The notes: generated by a model not told the origin, from the sequence alone. A DNA stretch of 64,000 nt from Sphingomonas bacterium (GCA_040006055.1 JBDTXU010000069.1:4976-68975), one strand, 5' to 3'; counted from the stretch's first letter, positions 1 to 10,259 are shown. Made by a program: numbers and translations.

Positions 1-1
1 G

Positions 2-775
2 CGCGATTATTCGCGGCACCTGGCCCGCGAACTCGAAGACGTGATCGAACGCGAGGGCGCAGACACCATCGCTGCCTTCTTCGCTGAGGCGGTGATGGGA
101 GCCGGCGGCCTGATTCCTCCGCCCGAAGGCTATTTCGACGAGATCGGGCCGATCCTGCGCAAGCATGATATCCTGCTGGTTGCTGACGAGGTGGTAAGTG
201 GTTTCGGGCGCCTCGGCACATATTGGGGAGCTCAGACCTATGGCTTCGACCCCGATCTCATCACCGCCGCCAAGGGTGTGACGAGCGGCTATTTTCCGAT
301 GTCGGTCTGCTTCATCTCACCCAAGGTCTGGAATGTGATCGAAGGCGCGGCCGGACAGACGGGCGTGTTCGGCCACGGCTACACCTATTCAGCGCATCCG
401 GTGGGGGCGGCGGCGGCGCTCGCCGCGCTCAAGCTGATCGACGAGCTGGAGGTGGTCAAGAACGTGGCCGATGTCGGCCCCTATCTCCTCGATGCCATGC
501 GCGACCGCCTCGGACAGCATCCGCATGTCGGTGACATTCGCGGCAAGGGGCTGATGATCGGCATCGAGTTGGCCAAGGATCGTGCCACCAAGGAATCCTT
601 CCCGCCGGCTAACCGGACCGGCCGGGAAATCCTGAAGGCGGCAGCGCAGCGCGGCCTGATCACCCGCGCGCTCGGCGATACTCTGGTTTTCGCGCCGCCG
701 CTCATCATCACCCGTGGCGAGGCGGACGAATTGGTCGACAAATTCGCTCTGTCTGTTGGCGATGTGCTGGGCTGA
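2..775 (+). CDS. Class III PLP-dependent aminotransferase (5'-truncated by window edge)
   Basis: LVADEVVSGFGRLG and PLP-lysine motif DLITAAKGVTSGYFP; frame is open back to the window start. Confidence 0.92.
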   Translation, partial: RDYSRHLARELEDVIEREGADTIAAFFAEAVMGAGGLIPPPEGYFDEIGPILRKHDILLVADEVVSGFGRLGTYWGAQTYGFDPDLITAAKGVTSGYFPMSVCFISPKVWNVIEGAAGQTGVFGHGYTYSAHPVGAAAALAALKLIDELEVVKNVADVGPYLLDAMRDRLGQHPHVGDIRGKGLMIGIELAKDRATKESFPPANRTGREILKAAAQRGLITRALGDTLVFAPPLIITRGEADELVDKFALSVGDVLG

Positions 776-820
776 TGCCGTATATGTGAAACCGCGCGAT
801 CACGAGAAAAAGGGGACTTA

Positions 821-2005
821 ATGGAAACGTCATCGCCGGTCGAAGGGCTGTCGCACTTTGCGACCCATGCTCCACGGCTCAGCCGGGGCGGGCTGATCAG
901 CGCCGTGATCATCGGCATCATCGGCGCGATGGTCATTTTCGTGACGCCCGGCTTTCTTGCGATCATCGCCGCCCAATCGGGCCTCGATGACGCCCATCTG
1001 GGCTATGTCGCCGCCTGGGATGTCAACGCCATGGCGGTCGCCATCGGGATCAGCGCTTTTCTGTTGACCCGTTGCGACTGGCGAGTTGCGGTCGGTGTGG
1101 CGATGGTCCTCGTCACGCTCGGCAATATCGGCACGGCGCTGGCCTCGGGCTATGCCGGCATCGCCGCCGCACGGGTGGTGGCGGGCGCTGGCGAAGGAAT
1201 CGCCATCGGCTTTTCCTTCGCCGCGCTCGGTCGTGCGCGCAATCCCGACCGGGCTTTTTCCATCTACCTCGTCTCAGGCGCGCTCGTCAGTTCGCTGATC
1301 CTTTTCGCCATTCCGCCAATGCTGGCGCAGGTGACGCCACGTGCGATTTTCATCGCCAACGGCCTGCTGGCCCTGGTCGCGCTGGTCAGTCTCGCGCATT
1401 TCCCGGACGGGCGCGATGAGGACGACATGTTCGCGGCCCGGGCCAGGATCAACCGCAAGCTGGCCTTGTATGCGCTGGTTGCCGTGTTCCTCTATTTTTT
1501 CGCAACCGGCGCGATGTGGAGCTATCTCGAGCGCATCGGCGCGATGAATGGGCTCAGTCCTTCCGCCATTGCGCAGGGCCTTTCCCTTGGCACGCTGGCG
1601 GGGGTTGTCGGCGCCGGATTGGCCGGCCTTGTTCCGCGGCGCTGGGGCCGTGTCCTTCCACTGCTCGCCAGCGGCGCGATCTCCGTCGCCAGCTTCCAGA
1701 TGCTGCTGGGGCATTTGCCGGCGACCAGTTTCGTGCTCGCCGCGGTTCTGTTGCTCTTCGGCTGGAATTTCGCTCAGCCGCTGCTGTCCGGCATCTGCGC
1801 TGACGCAGATCGCTGCGGCCGTGTGGTCTGCGCGATGGGAGCGATCCAGACATTCGGCACCGGGCTTGGCCCGGCCGCCGCAGGCGCGACGCTGCATGAC
1901 GGCGATTTCAGCACGGCGATCTGGTCAAGCTGCGTGATCCTGGTCCTGAGCCTCGGCATCATGGTGTTCGCCATGTCGCGCGTGTCTGGTCACGCTGACG
2001 GTTGA
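821..2005 (+). CDS. MFS transporter
   Basis: About 12 hydrophobic segments; ARVVAGAGEG MFS motif; RBS AGGGGA upstream. Confidence 0.88.
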   Translation: METSSPVEGLSHFATHAPRLSRGGLISAVIIGIIGAMVIFVTPGFLAIIAAQSGLDDAHLGYVAAWDVNAMAVAIGISAFLLTRCDWRVAVGVAMVLVTLGNIGTALASGYAGIAAARVVAGAGEGIAIGFSFAALGRARNPDRAFSIYLVSGALVSSLILFAIPPMLAQVTPRAIFIANGLLALVALVSLAHFPDGRDEDDMFAARARINRKLALYALVAVFLYFFATGAMWSYLERIGAMNGLSPSAIAQGLSLGTLAGVVGAGLAGLVPRRWGRVLPLLASGAISVASFQMLLGHLPATSFVLAAVLLLFGWNFAQPLLSGICADADRCGRVVCAMGAIQTFGTGLGPAAAGATLHDGDFSTAIWSSCVILVLSLGIMVFAMSRVSGHADG

Positions 2006-2230
2006 AGCTCGCCACCGCGCCTGAGTCCGCAGGTATCCCGTAGATCTGGCTGATACGGGTTGAACCATGACGCGGTGATCCAGCTACCTGCTGGGGTTGA
2101 TCGCGTGAACGACTTGGCTGGCCGTGATCACAGCTTCCGGCCGACTATTCCGAGGCGATGGCAAACCGGGCGAGGCTCGCCTCGCCACGGTCACCTGGGT
2201 ACTGCTCGTCTCGGCTGATGGAACGCGGAC

Positions 2231-2247
2231 CCCGGCACAATGCCGGG
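2231..2247. terminator. Hairpin between convergent genes
   Basis: CCCGGCA-CAA-TGCCGGG directly after the SDR stop; no long U-tract. Confidence 0.45.
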
Positions 2248-2248
2248 A

Positions 2249-3052
2249 TTACAGGAACACCGCGCGCGACAGGCCACCATCGACGGCTATGGATTCTCCC
2301 GTGATGCCGCTGCCGGCGTTGGAGGCGAGCAGGACGATTGGATCGGCCACTTCCCCGACTTCGAGCATGCGTTTGACCGCGGCAGGACCCGCCGCCTCCC
2401 TTTCAACGATCGCTTCGAAGGTGGTGCCTTCCTCGGCTGCCATCTCCGCGAACCACTCCTCGATATGTTCGGTGCGGGTAACGCCGGGATGGATGATGTT
2501 GACGGTGATTCCATCGCGTCCGACCTCGTCCGACAAGGTCTTGGTGAAATGGACAAGAGCGGTGTTGCGCATGCCGCTCAGCGCCTCCGTGCAGCGCGCG
2601 GTCAGGCCGCCAACATTGACGATGCGGCCCCAGCCTGCCTTGCGCATATGGGGTACGCACGCCTTGCTCATACGGAAATAGCCGAAGAGCTTGGTGTTGA
2701 GGTCGAGCATGAGGGCGTCCTCATCGGCTTCCTCAATCGCGTTGCGCACCAGGCCGCCGGGCGCGGCAGCACAGTTGATGAGGATATGAACGGTGCCGAA
2801 CAGCGCGACCGTCTGATCCACAAGCGCCTGCACGGAGGCCTTGCTGGTCGTATCGACCGCGATCGGTATCACCGTGCCGCCGGTCGCCGTGGCGATTTCG
2901 GCGGCGGCCGCCTCCAGCTTCGATACCGTGCGCGCGGCGATCACCACCTTGGCGCCCGCCAGCGCAAGCTTGCGCGCTGTTTCCTTGCCGATGCCGACGC
3001 CGCCGCCGGTCACGATGGCGACCCTGTCCTTCAATCCCAATTCGATGACCAT
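2249..3052 (-). CDS. Atypical short-chain dehydrogenase/reductase
   Basis: MVIELGLKDRVAIVTGGGVGIG Rossmann motif; GGAGG RBS before ATG 3052; no YxxxK. Confidence 0.9.
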   Translation of the reverse strand: MVIELGLKDRVAIVTGGGVGIGKETARKLALAGAKVVIAARTVSKLEAAAAEIATATGGTVIPIAVDTTSKASVQALVDQTVALFGTVHILINCAAAPGGLVRNAIEEADEDALMLDLNTKLFGYFRMSKACVPHMRKAGWGRIVNVGGLTARCTEALSGMRNTALVHFTKTLSDEVGRDGITVNIIHPGVTRTEHIEEWFAEMAAEEGTTFEAIVEREAAGPAAVKRMLEVGEVADPIVLLASNAGSGITGESIAVDGGLSRAVFL

Positions 3053-3063
3053 TCCGTCCTCCT

Positions 3064-3879
3064 TCACGATCCTGCGGTAAATTCGACGGCCGCGCCACCC
3101 AGGCCGGCCAGGTCGACTGAGATGTGGTCGCCCGGGGCCACGGCGGTGACGCCGGTGCACGTCCCGCTGCTGACGAACTGCCCCGGCTCCAGGGTCATTC
3201 CGCGTTCCGCCAGCCAATTGGCGAGCCAAGTCACCGCGAGCAGGGGATTGCCCATCACCGCCGCGGTGGTCCCGCGTGTCAGCGCATCGCCCGGTCCGCG
3301 AAGCGTCATCGCCATATCGGCGAAGCGATCTTCCCAGCCCCTGGCGACCTTGTCCCCGACCAGCAGCCGGTCCGCCATGCAATTGTCGGCGATCAACACG
3401 CCAAGCGGCAGGTCAGTCGACTCGAAGCGCGACGTGACGAGCTCGATGCCGACATGGAGTCCGGCCACCGCATCGGCCACCTGCGCGGGCGTGAAGGGAC
3501 TGGCGGCAGCCGAGAGCCTCACGCCCATCTCGAAAATCAGTTCGCCCTCGACATAAAATTCGCCCGAACCGATCGCCACGACCGCGGGCGAGCGCACAAT
3601 ATCCGCCTGCGCGAGCCGCCCCGCCGCCGGGCTGTCAGTGCCCAGCGCCGTGCGTATGCCTTCCCCGGTCAGGCCGATCTTCCAGCCCGCCAGCGGCACG
3701 CCCCGTTCGGCGAACAGCACCGCCTGCGCCACATAGGCATCGCCAGGCTCCATAGTCCCCGCCGGCAGGGGTGAGAGACGACCCGTCAGGCGGGCGCGGT
3801 GGAGCGCTGATATGAATGAAGCCGTCACGAAGCCAGACTCCCATGGCCTTCCGGATGATGGCTGACGCTTAAGCCTCAT
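3064..3879 (-). CDS. 2-keto-4-pentenoate hydratase-like FAH-superfamily protein (true start possibly GTG ~3828)
   Basis: GWKIGLT, EGELIF, IELVTSRF, IADN, VMGNPLLAVTWLAN, SGTCTG motifs. Confidence 0.85.
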   Translation of the reverse strand: MRLKRQPSSGRPWESGFVTASFISALHRARLTGRLSPLPAGTMEPGDAYVAQAVLFAERGVPLAGWKIGLTGEGIRTALGTDSPAAGRLAQADIVRSPAVVAIGSGEFYVEGELIFEMGVRLSAAASPFTPAQVADAVAGLHVGIELVTSRFESTDLPLGVLIADNCMADRLLVGDKVARGWEDRFADMAMTLRGPGDALTRGTTAAVMGNPLLAVTWLANWLAERGMTLEPGQFVSSGTCTGVTAVAPGDHISVDLAGLGGAAVEFTAGS

Positions 3880-3993
3880 TGTCTCTCTAACGCAACAGAT
3901 ATTCTCATAAACTTTCTATTGTTCGAAAAATGAAGATGCGCTAGGACCCGTTTTAACGGCGCTTTGGCGCCAGCCATGTGTGTCGCGGAAGAG
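3878..3993 (+). repeat. Copy 1 of a ~115-bp dispersed promoter-region repeat (copy 2 at 49072..49187)
   Basis: First 58 nt align gap-free at 47/58, including identical CTTTCTATTGTTCGAAAA; TTGGCGCCAG and GTCGCGGAA also shared. Confidence 0.8.
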
Positions 3994-4003
3994 AGAGTTG
4001 ACC

Positions 4004-5506
4004 ATGCCGCAAGATGTTTATGCCATTGCCGACAGGCTTGCCTCGGAGCTGGCGGCTGCGCCGCGCGGGCTGATCATCGACGGGAAGCTGGTGCCGGCGG
4101 TTTCCGGGCGCACTTTCGCCACCATCAATCCCGCGACGGGCGAGGAAATCGCGCAGGTCGCGCATGGCGGGCCGGAGGATATCGCACTGGCGGTCGCGGC
4201 CGCGCGCCGGGCGTTCGAGAATCCGGCATGGCGGCGGATGAGCGCGGTGGACCGCTCCAACCTTCTGCTCAGGCTGGCCGACCTGATCGAGCGCAACGCC
4301 GAGGAACTGGCGGTCCTCGAATGCATGGACAATGGCAAGCCGGCGAGCATGACGCGCTGGGTGGAGATCGAGGGATCGATTCGTACTTTCCGCTATTACG
4401 CGGGCTGGCCGACCAAATTCGGCGGGGAAACGCTGCCTGTCTCTCCCCGCAGCGGTGCGCATATCCTGAATTACACGACGCGCGAGCCGGTTGGTGTCGC
4501 CGGCCTGATCGTACCGTGGAACTATCCGATGTCGATGGCCGCCTGGAAGGTCGCGCCGGCCCTAGCGGCGGGATGCACCGTGGTCCTGAAACCCGCGGAG
4601 CAGACGCCGCTCACCGCCTTGCGCCTGGGCGAACTGGCTCTGGAAGCCGGGATACCGGCGGGCGTGCTCAACGTGGTGCCGGGCTTTGGCGACGCGGGGG
4701 CCGCCCTGGTCGAGCATCCTGACGTCGACAAGGTGGCCTTCACCGGCTCCACGGAGGTCGGCAAGCTGATCGTGCGCGGTTCCACGGTCAATCTCAAAAA
4801 GGTCAGCCTCGAACTGGGCGGCAAGTCGCCGCAGATCGTGCTGCCCGACGCTGATCTGGAGGCCGCCGCGGCATCGATCGCCAGCGGCATCTTCTTCAAC
4901 CAGGGGCAGACCTGCACGGCCGGCTCGCGCCTCTACGCGCACGCATCGATCCACGACAAGCTGCTGCAAATGATCGCTGACCAGGCGGCGGCACTGAAGA
5001 TCGGCAATGGCCTCGATCCACAGACCACGTTTGGCCCACTGGTCTCCGAGGAGCAATGGGACCGCGTCAGCAGCTATGTCGATATCGGCCGCGCCGAAGG
5101 GGCAGAGGTCGTGACCGGCGGCAAACGCCCTGCCGGTCAGGACAAGGGGTTCTTCTTCGAACCGACCATCCTCGCAGGCGCGACCTCCTCGATGCGGGTG
5201 GTGCGCGAGGAGATTTTCGGCCCGGTGCTGAGCGCCCTGTCGTGGAGTGACCCGGACGATCTGGTGCGGCAGGCCAATGACAGCGATTTTGGTCTTTCGG
5301 CGGGCATCTGGACCAATGACGTAAAGAACGCACATCGCCTCGCCGGCGCGGTGCGGGCGGGGACCGTCTGGGTCAACTGCTTCAACATGGTCGATAATGC
5401 GACGCCCTTTGGCGGCTTCAAGCAATCCGGCTGGGGTCGCGAGCATGGGCGGAACGCCATGGAACTCTACAGTGAAATCAAGAGTGTGTGGATCAACCTC
5501 AGCTAG
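4004..5506 (+). CDS. NAD(P)-dependent aldehyde dehydrogenase (arylacetaldehyde dehydrogenase-like)
   Basis: PWNYP, FTGSTEVG, LELGGKSP, catalytic GQTCTAG, EEIFGP motifs. Confidence 0.95.
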   Translation: MPQDVYAIADRLASELAAAPRGLIIDGKLVPAVSGRTFATINPATGEEIAQVAHGGPEDIALAVAAARRAFENPAWRRMSAVDRSNLLLRLADLIERNAEELAVLECMDNGKPASMTRWVEIEGSIRTFRYYAGWPTKFGGETLPVSPRSGAHILNYTTREPVGVAGLIVPWNYPMSMAAWKVAPALAAGCTVVLKPAEQTPLTALRLGELALEAGIPAGVLNVVPGFGDAGAALVEHPDVDKVAFTGSTEVGKLIVRGSTVNLKKVSLELGGKSPQIVLPDADLEAAAASIASGIFFNQGQTCTAGSRLYAHASIHDKLLQMIADQAAALKIGNGLDPQTTFGPLVSEEQWDRVSSYVDIGRAEGAEVVTGGKRPAGQDKGFFFEPTILAGATSSMRVVREEIFGPVLSALSWSDPDDLVRQANDSDFGLSAGIWTNDVKNAHRLAGAVRAGTVWVNCFNMVDNATPFGGFKQSGWGREHGRNAMELYSEIKSVWINLS

Positions 5507-5540
5507 GCGCTGGTCCACGGGACTGTGAAGGAATGTTGAA

Positions 5541-6575
5541 ATGAGCAACGAACGCACGCTTCTGGTCGCGACCGACGGTCAGGCGATCATGCGCAGCCAT
5601 GACGACGGCAAGAGCTGGTACCGAGTCAATGTCGGGCAGGACCTGGAGTATGACGACCGGGTGCGCTGCCTGTTGATCGATCCGGCCGACCCTCGTGCCA
5701 TCTTCGCCGGCGCCGAGCGTGGCCTGTTCCGCAGCGAAGACTGCGGCGCCCGGTGGGACCGCGTCGATTGCGCGCTCAACGACTATTCGGTCTGGAAGCT
5801 TGTGGCGAGCGAAAGCGACCCTTCGGTTCTCTACGCCGGCACCGGATCGCCCACCCGGTCGATCCTTTTCCGGTCGCGCGACGGCGGCAAGACCTGGGAG
5901 GCCACGCCACTTGAGATGCCCGAGCGCTGCGCCGGGGTCAGCCGGCCGCGCATGCTCGCCCTTGCCGTCAATCCAGACGATGCCAACGACGTCATTGCTG
6001 GCGTTGAGGAAGGCGGCTGTTTCCGATCCCGCGATGGAGGCGATACCTGGGAACGGCTGGACACCGCCTGGGAGGATCACCCGGGCAATTCCGACATTCA
6101 TGACATCGTCTTTTTGCGTGGCGAGCCCAAGGTCATCCTGGTTCTGACGGTTTTGGCGCTGTATCGCTCGACCGATGACGGCAAATCCTGGACCCGCACC
6201 ATCGCACGCGAAAGCTGGGGCCTGCGCTATTCCCGCTGTCTGCAGCGCAAGCCCGGCAGCGATACTGACCTGACGCTGGGTATCGGTGACGGGACGCCGG
6301 GTACCAAGGCCTCGGTATTGATCTCCACCGATGCCGGCAAAAGCTGGACTCACACCCAGCTTTCGATGCCCGCCAACAGCTGCATTTGGGCGTTCGGTGG
6401 AAACGACGCCGACCCCGAATTCCTGTTGACCGGCACAAAGTTCGGCAATCTGTACCGGAGCAGCGACGGCGGCCATAACTGGCAAAAGGAATGGCGTGAG
6501 TTCAACGAAATAACGGACGTCACCTGGGTCGCCGGCGTGCCGCAGAATCTGGAGCTTCCTCATGTCACAGGCTGA
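5541..6575 (+). CDS. Cytoplasmic BNR/Asp-box repeat beta-propeller protein
   Basis: Seven S-x-D-x-G-x-x-W boxes (e.g. RSHDDGKSW, RSRDGGKTW, RSTDDGKSW); no signal peptide. Confidence 0.85.
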   Translation: MSNERTLLVATDGQAIMRSHDDGKSWYRVNVGQDLEYDDRVRCLLIDPADPRAIFAGAERGLFRSEDCGARWDRVDCALNDYSVWKLVASESDPSVLYAGTGSPTRSILFRSRDGGKTWEATPLEMPERCAGVSRPRMLALAVNPDDANDVIAGVEEGGCFRSRDGGDTWERLDTAWEDHPGNSDIHDIVFLRGEPKVILVLTVLALYRSTDDGKSWTRTIARESWGLRYSRCLQRKPGSDTDLTLGIGDGTPGTKASVLISTDAGKSWTHTQLSMPANSCIWAFGGNDADPEFLLTGTKFGNLYRSSDGGHNWQKEWREFNEITDVTWVAGVPQNLELPHVTG

Positions 6576-7056
6576 TGTCTCCCCCGTCAAGATCGCCGCG
6601 ATCGGCCATGTCGTCCTGTTCGTGAAGGACCCGGAGGCGTCCGCGCGCTGGTATTGCGAGATCCTCAACATGTCGATCAGCGCGCGTGTTGCCGGGGGTC
6701 CGTACAAGGGCGGCATCTTCATGACCTTTGGCGAACATGACCATGATGTCGCTCTGTTCAAGATCGACGGCGATGCGCCCAAGGGGCGCGAATTCGAGCA
6801 TGTTGGCTTTCGGCTGGCAGCGGACAGTGCCGACGATTTGCGCCGGATCTATGCCTTCTTCCTCGACAAGGGCGTGCGGATCCAGGAAGTCCTGGACCAC
6901 GGCGTATCCACCGGCATCTACTTCCTCGATCCGGACGGGCACATGCTCGAAGTGTTCCACCAGCGGGTTGCGGCCGAGAATGGCGCGGCCATCGCTGAGC
7001 TGCGCGGCAATGAGGGGCAGGCCGATCCGGTCGTGCTTGATCCGCTGCGAGGCTGA
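6562..7056 (+). CDS. VOC/glyoxalase-family protein
   Basis: IGHVVLFVKD, HDHDVAL, EHVGF, IYFLDPDGHMLEV motifs. Confidence 0.88.
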   Translation: MSQADVSPVKIAAIGHVVLFVKDPEASARWYCEILNMSISARVAGGPYKGGIFMTFGEHDHDVALFKIDGDAPKGREFEHVGFRLAADSADDLRRIYAFFLDKGVRIQEVLDHGVSTGIYFLDPDGHMLEVFHQRVAAENGAAIAELRGNEGQADPVVLDPLRG

Positions 7057-7130
7057 CGGCCGCGACATTCTATCGAGCCGGTATCGACACGGACTGTTGA
7101 TACGCGCCCATTATCCGAAGGAAAGATGAG

Positions 7131-7733
7131 ATGAGCAATCAAGGCCTTGGCGCATTCAAGATCCGCAGGTGGTTCAGTCAGATCGAAGAGATCTGCAGCG
7201 GTGAAACCGGCGCTGCCGCCGATGGCGAGCCCGTGTTCAAATATATGATCGCGGCGTGCGTGCAGAATCCCTATGCAGGCAGCTATGTTGAGGATCTGGG
7301 CGCCTGGATCGATGCGTCTCCCGCGATCGGCATTGAAATCGGCCGCCGCCTCAATGTGCTGACGGGCGGGCGCCCGATCGAAAGCTATGGCAAGGCGGTC
7401 ATGGTCGGCCTCGACGGCGAATATGAGCATGGCAATGCGCTGCTGACCAATCCGGCCGCCAATCCCGTCCGCGATGCGGTTGGCGGCGGCAAGTCCTGGG
7501 TGCCTTCCTCGGGCAAGCGCGGCGTGCCCGGCACGATCCTCGACATCCCGCTCGCACACAAGGACGCGCTCTATGTGCGCTCCCACTATGACACGATGAG
7601 CGTGTCTTTCGACGATGCGCCCAATCGCGACGAAGTGATCGTATGCTGGGCATTTGCCACGCGTGGCCGGCTCAACGCACGGCTCGGCGGCCTGAAGGCA
7701 TCCGAGGTCCGGGGCGAGGATGGACTGGTGTGA
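7131..7733 (+). CDS. Amino acid synthesis family protein (AA_synth/DUF1185-like)
   Basis: NPYAG, ESYGKA, GEYEHG, DIPLAHK, RSHYD, DAPNRDE motifs. Confidence 0.85.
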   Translation: MSNQGLGAFKIRRWFSQIEEICSGETGAAADGEPVFKYMIAACVQNPYAGSYVEDLGAWIDASPAIGIEIGRRLNVLTGGRPIESYGKAVMVGLDGEYEHGNALLTNPAANPVRDAVGGGKSWVPSSGKRGVPGTILDIPLAHKDALYVRSHYDTMSVSFDDAPNRDEVIVCWAFATRGRLNARLGGLKASEVRGEDGLV

Positions 7734-7734
7734 C

Positions 7735-8685
7735 GTGGCAAGCCCAACAGTGATCGAACCGCCGCATCTTCCTCCAGCCCCGGCGCCCAGGGCTCTGGGG
7801 GAGCGGGAGGGATTCATCGAGACGCGGGATGGCCTGTCGCTGCGGATGCGCGAATGGGGCGATCGCGACGGCGATCCGCTCGTGCTGCTGCACGGCTTGC
7901 GGGGCTATTCAGGAACTTGGCGCGGTCTTGCGGGCGCTCTCGCAAAGGGCCGCCGCCTGATCGCAATCGACCAGCGCGGCCGCGGCGAGAGTGCCTGGGA
8001 TCCGGCGCGCAACTATTACACCGACGCCTATCTGGCGGACCTCGAGGCGCTGGTCGATCAGCTCGGGCTCGGCCGTTTCACACTGCTTGGCCATTCCATG
8101 GGCGGGACGACCGCCTATGCTTACGCCGCGCGCCATCCCGATCGGCTCGATGCACTGATCATCGAAGACATCGCGCCCGGTTCGTCAGTGAGCGGCGCGG
8201 GCGCGGAACGGATCAAGGCGGAGATGGCGGCCCTGCCCGAGGACTTTGCCGACTGGGGCGCAGCGCGGGCCTATTGGCGCAAGGCCCGGCCGAGCGTTGG
8301 CGAGGAGGCGTTGGAGCAGCGTCTGGCGGAAAGCCTGGCCGAGACGCCCGACGGGCGGGTGGGCTGGCGTTATGATGCCGCCGGGATCAGTCGCACGAGG
8401 CTGGAGCCGGATCAGACGCGCATCGTGGATCTCTGGCCCCTGGTGGAGGCGATCCGCACCCCGGCGTTCGTCATCCGGGGCGGGAAGTCCGACTTTTGCC
8501 GGCTCGATACGGTGCTTGAGATGGAGCGGCGCAATCCCCGTTTCACCCATGCGACTGTGCCGATGGCCAGTCACTATGTCCATGACGATGCGCCGGACAT
8601 TTTTCATGCGCTGCTCGAAGGCTGGCTGGCGGGTATCCGTTCCGGCGGGGCTGCGGCGCAAAATGAGCGAAAGAACCAGCGGTGA
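7735..8685 (+). CDS. Alpha/beta hydrolase
   Basis: LLHG, DQRGRGES, GHSMGG nucleophile elbow, SHYVH; GTG just after upstream stop (alternative ATG 7720). Confidence 0.9.
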   Translation: MASPTVIEPPHLPPAPAPRALGEREGFIETRDGLSLRMREWGDRDGDPLVLLHGLRGYSGTWRGLAGALAKGRRLIAIDQRGRGESAWDPARNYYTDAYLADLEALVDQLGLGRFTLLGHSMGGTTAYAYAARHPDRLDALIIEDIAPGSSVSGAGAERIKAEMAALPEDFADWGAARAYWRKARPSVGEEALEQRLAESLAETPDGRVGWRYDAAGISRTRLEPDQTRIVDLWPLVEAIRTPAFVIRGGKSDFCRLDTVLEMERRNPRFTHATVPMASHYVHDDAPDIFHALLEGWLAGIRSGGAAAQNERKNQR

Positions 8686-10259
8686 TGGACAAGATGCAGG
8701 CCAAGCGTGGAAATGGTGCCGTCGCCCTTCTGAAGGCGCTGCGCACGGGCGGCGCGCGCATCTGCTTCGCCAATCCCGGCACGACCGAACTGACGTTGGT
8801 CGATGCCTTGGCTGAGGTGCCGGAGATCCGGTCAGTCCTCGCACTGTTCGAAGGCGTATGCACCGGTGCGGCGGACGGCTTTGCGCGGGTGTCGGGCGAA
8901 GTGCCGCTCACCCTGCTGCACCTGGGACCGGGCTTCGCCAATGGCATCGCCAATCTCCACAATGCGCGCCGAGCCCATTCTGGCATCGTCAACCTGATCG
9001 GCGATCATGCGAGCTGGCATCTGCCCTATGATGCGCCGCTGACGTCCGACATCGAATCTCTCGCCACGCCGGTATCCATCGCGGTGATTCGGATGCGCGA
9101 CACGGCTCAGATCAGTGTCGACGCCATTCGCGCGCTTGAAGCCGCAGCCGGAACGCCTGGCGGCCCCGTCACCATGATCGTGCCCACTGACATCGTCGAC
9201 GCCAAGGTCGAAAGCGGCGCGGTTCCGAGTCCGGCGCCACCGCGCCCTCGTGCGGTCGATGCGGCACGCATCGAAGACGCCGCGGCGATCGCTGCAAAGG
9301 CGGGCGACCTGATCCTGCTCTTGGGCGGCGACGCCCTCGCTGAAGCGGGGCAGCGCGCCGCCGCCGCGATTGTCGCAAAGGTCGGCGGGCGGGTGCTGAT
9401 GGAGCCCTATCCGGCGATCGTCGCCCTCGGCGGGGACCTCCCGCCGATCGAACGCCAGGCCTATTTCCCGGACGACGTGATCCGTCAGATGGGGGATGCG
9501 TATGTGATCCTGGCCGGCGCGCGCGCGCCGATCAGCTATTTTGGCTATGAGGGTTATCCGAGCCAGCTTGTTCGCGACGACCGCCTCTTTTGCCTCAGCA
9601 CGCTCGAAGACGATGGGCCTGCCGCCCTCGAGCTGCTGGCGGCCAACCTCGGCTCAATGCCGGTCGAGCCGGTGGAGACCGGATCCGCCACGACCGAAGC
9701 CTCAACGCCGGACACGCCCCTCTCCCCCGGGATCATCACGGCCGCGCTCATTGAACGCTTGCCGGAGAATGCGATCATATCGCTGGAAGGGTCGACTCTG
9801 GGCGGGCCGTGGCTGCGCCAGGCGCACCAGGCGCGCCGACACCGGGTCATGACCAACACCGGCGGCGCGATCGGGCAGGGGCTGCCCTGCGCGGTCGGCG
9901 CTGCTCTCGCGGCTCCTGCTTCGCGCGTGGTCTCGCTCCAGTCGGACGGCAGCGCTCACTATACGCTGCAGGCGCTGTGGACCATGGCACGCGAAAAGCT
10001 GCGCGTGACGATCATTCTCGCCGCCAATCATCGCTATGGTATCCTTCAGACCGAGCTCGATCGCGTCGAAGCACCGCTCGAGGATCCCGTAATCGCGTCA
10101 CTGACGCGGCTCGACAATCCGCGCGCGGATTGGGTGGCATTGGCCGCAGGCTATGGCGTGGACGCCGTGCGCGTGACGAACGCGGGCGAGTTGAACGCGG
10201 CGTTGGAGCGCGGACTCTCGCTCGACGGACCGCTGCTCATACAGGCGGAGCTGCCGTGA
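8682..10259 (+). CDS. ThDP-dependent enzyme, acetolactate synthase large-subunit-like/decarboxylase
   Basis: FANPGTTE, LFEGVCTGAADG, GGAIGQG, SDGSAHY..N ThDP motif. Confidence 0.9.
   Translation: MMDKMQAKRGNGAVALLKALRTGGARICFANPGTTELTLVDALAEVPEIRSVLALFEGVCTGAADGFARVSGEVPLTLLHLGPGFANGIANLHNARRAHSGIVNLIGDHASWHLPYDAPLTSDIESLATPVSIAVIRMRDTAQISVDAIRALEAAAGTPGGPVTMIVPTDIVDAKVESGAVPSPAPPRPRAVDAARIEDAAAIAAKAGDLILLLGGDALAEAGQRAAAAIVAKVGGRVLMEPYPAIVALGGDLPPIERQAYFPDDVIRQMGDAYVILAGARAPISYFGYEGYPSQLVRDDRLFCLSTLEDDGPAALELLAANLGSMPVEPVETGSATTEASTPDTPLSPGIITAALIERLPENAIISLEGSTLGGPWLRQAHQARRHRVMTNTGGAIGQGLPCAVGAALAAPASRVVSLQSDGSAHYTLQALWTMAREKLRVTIILAANHRYGILQTELDRVEAPLEDPVIASLTRLDNPRADWVALAAGYGVDAVRVTNAGELNAALERGLSLDGPLLIQAELP

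Noticed and set aside
2006-2230. Possible transposase-end remnant (ARLATVTW) and small hairpin GCGAGGC-TC-GCCTCGC
   Set aside because: No terminal inverted repeats, target duplication or DDE motif; similarity too weak
3964-3980. TTGGCGC as a sigma54 -24 element in the duplicated promoter
   Set aside because: No GC at the -12 position in either copy
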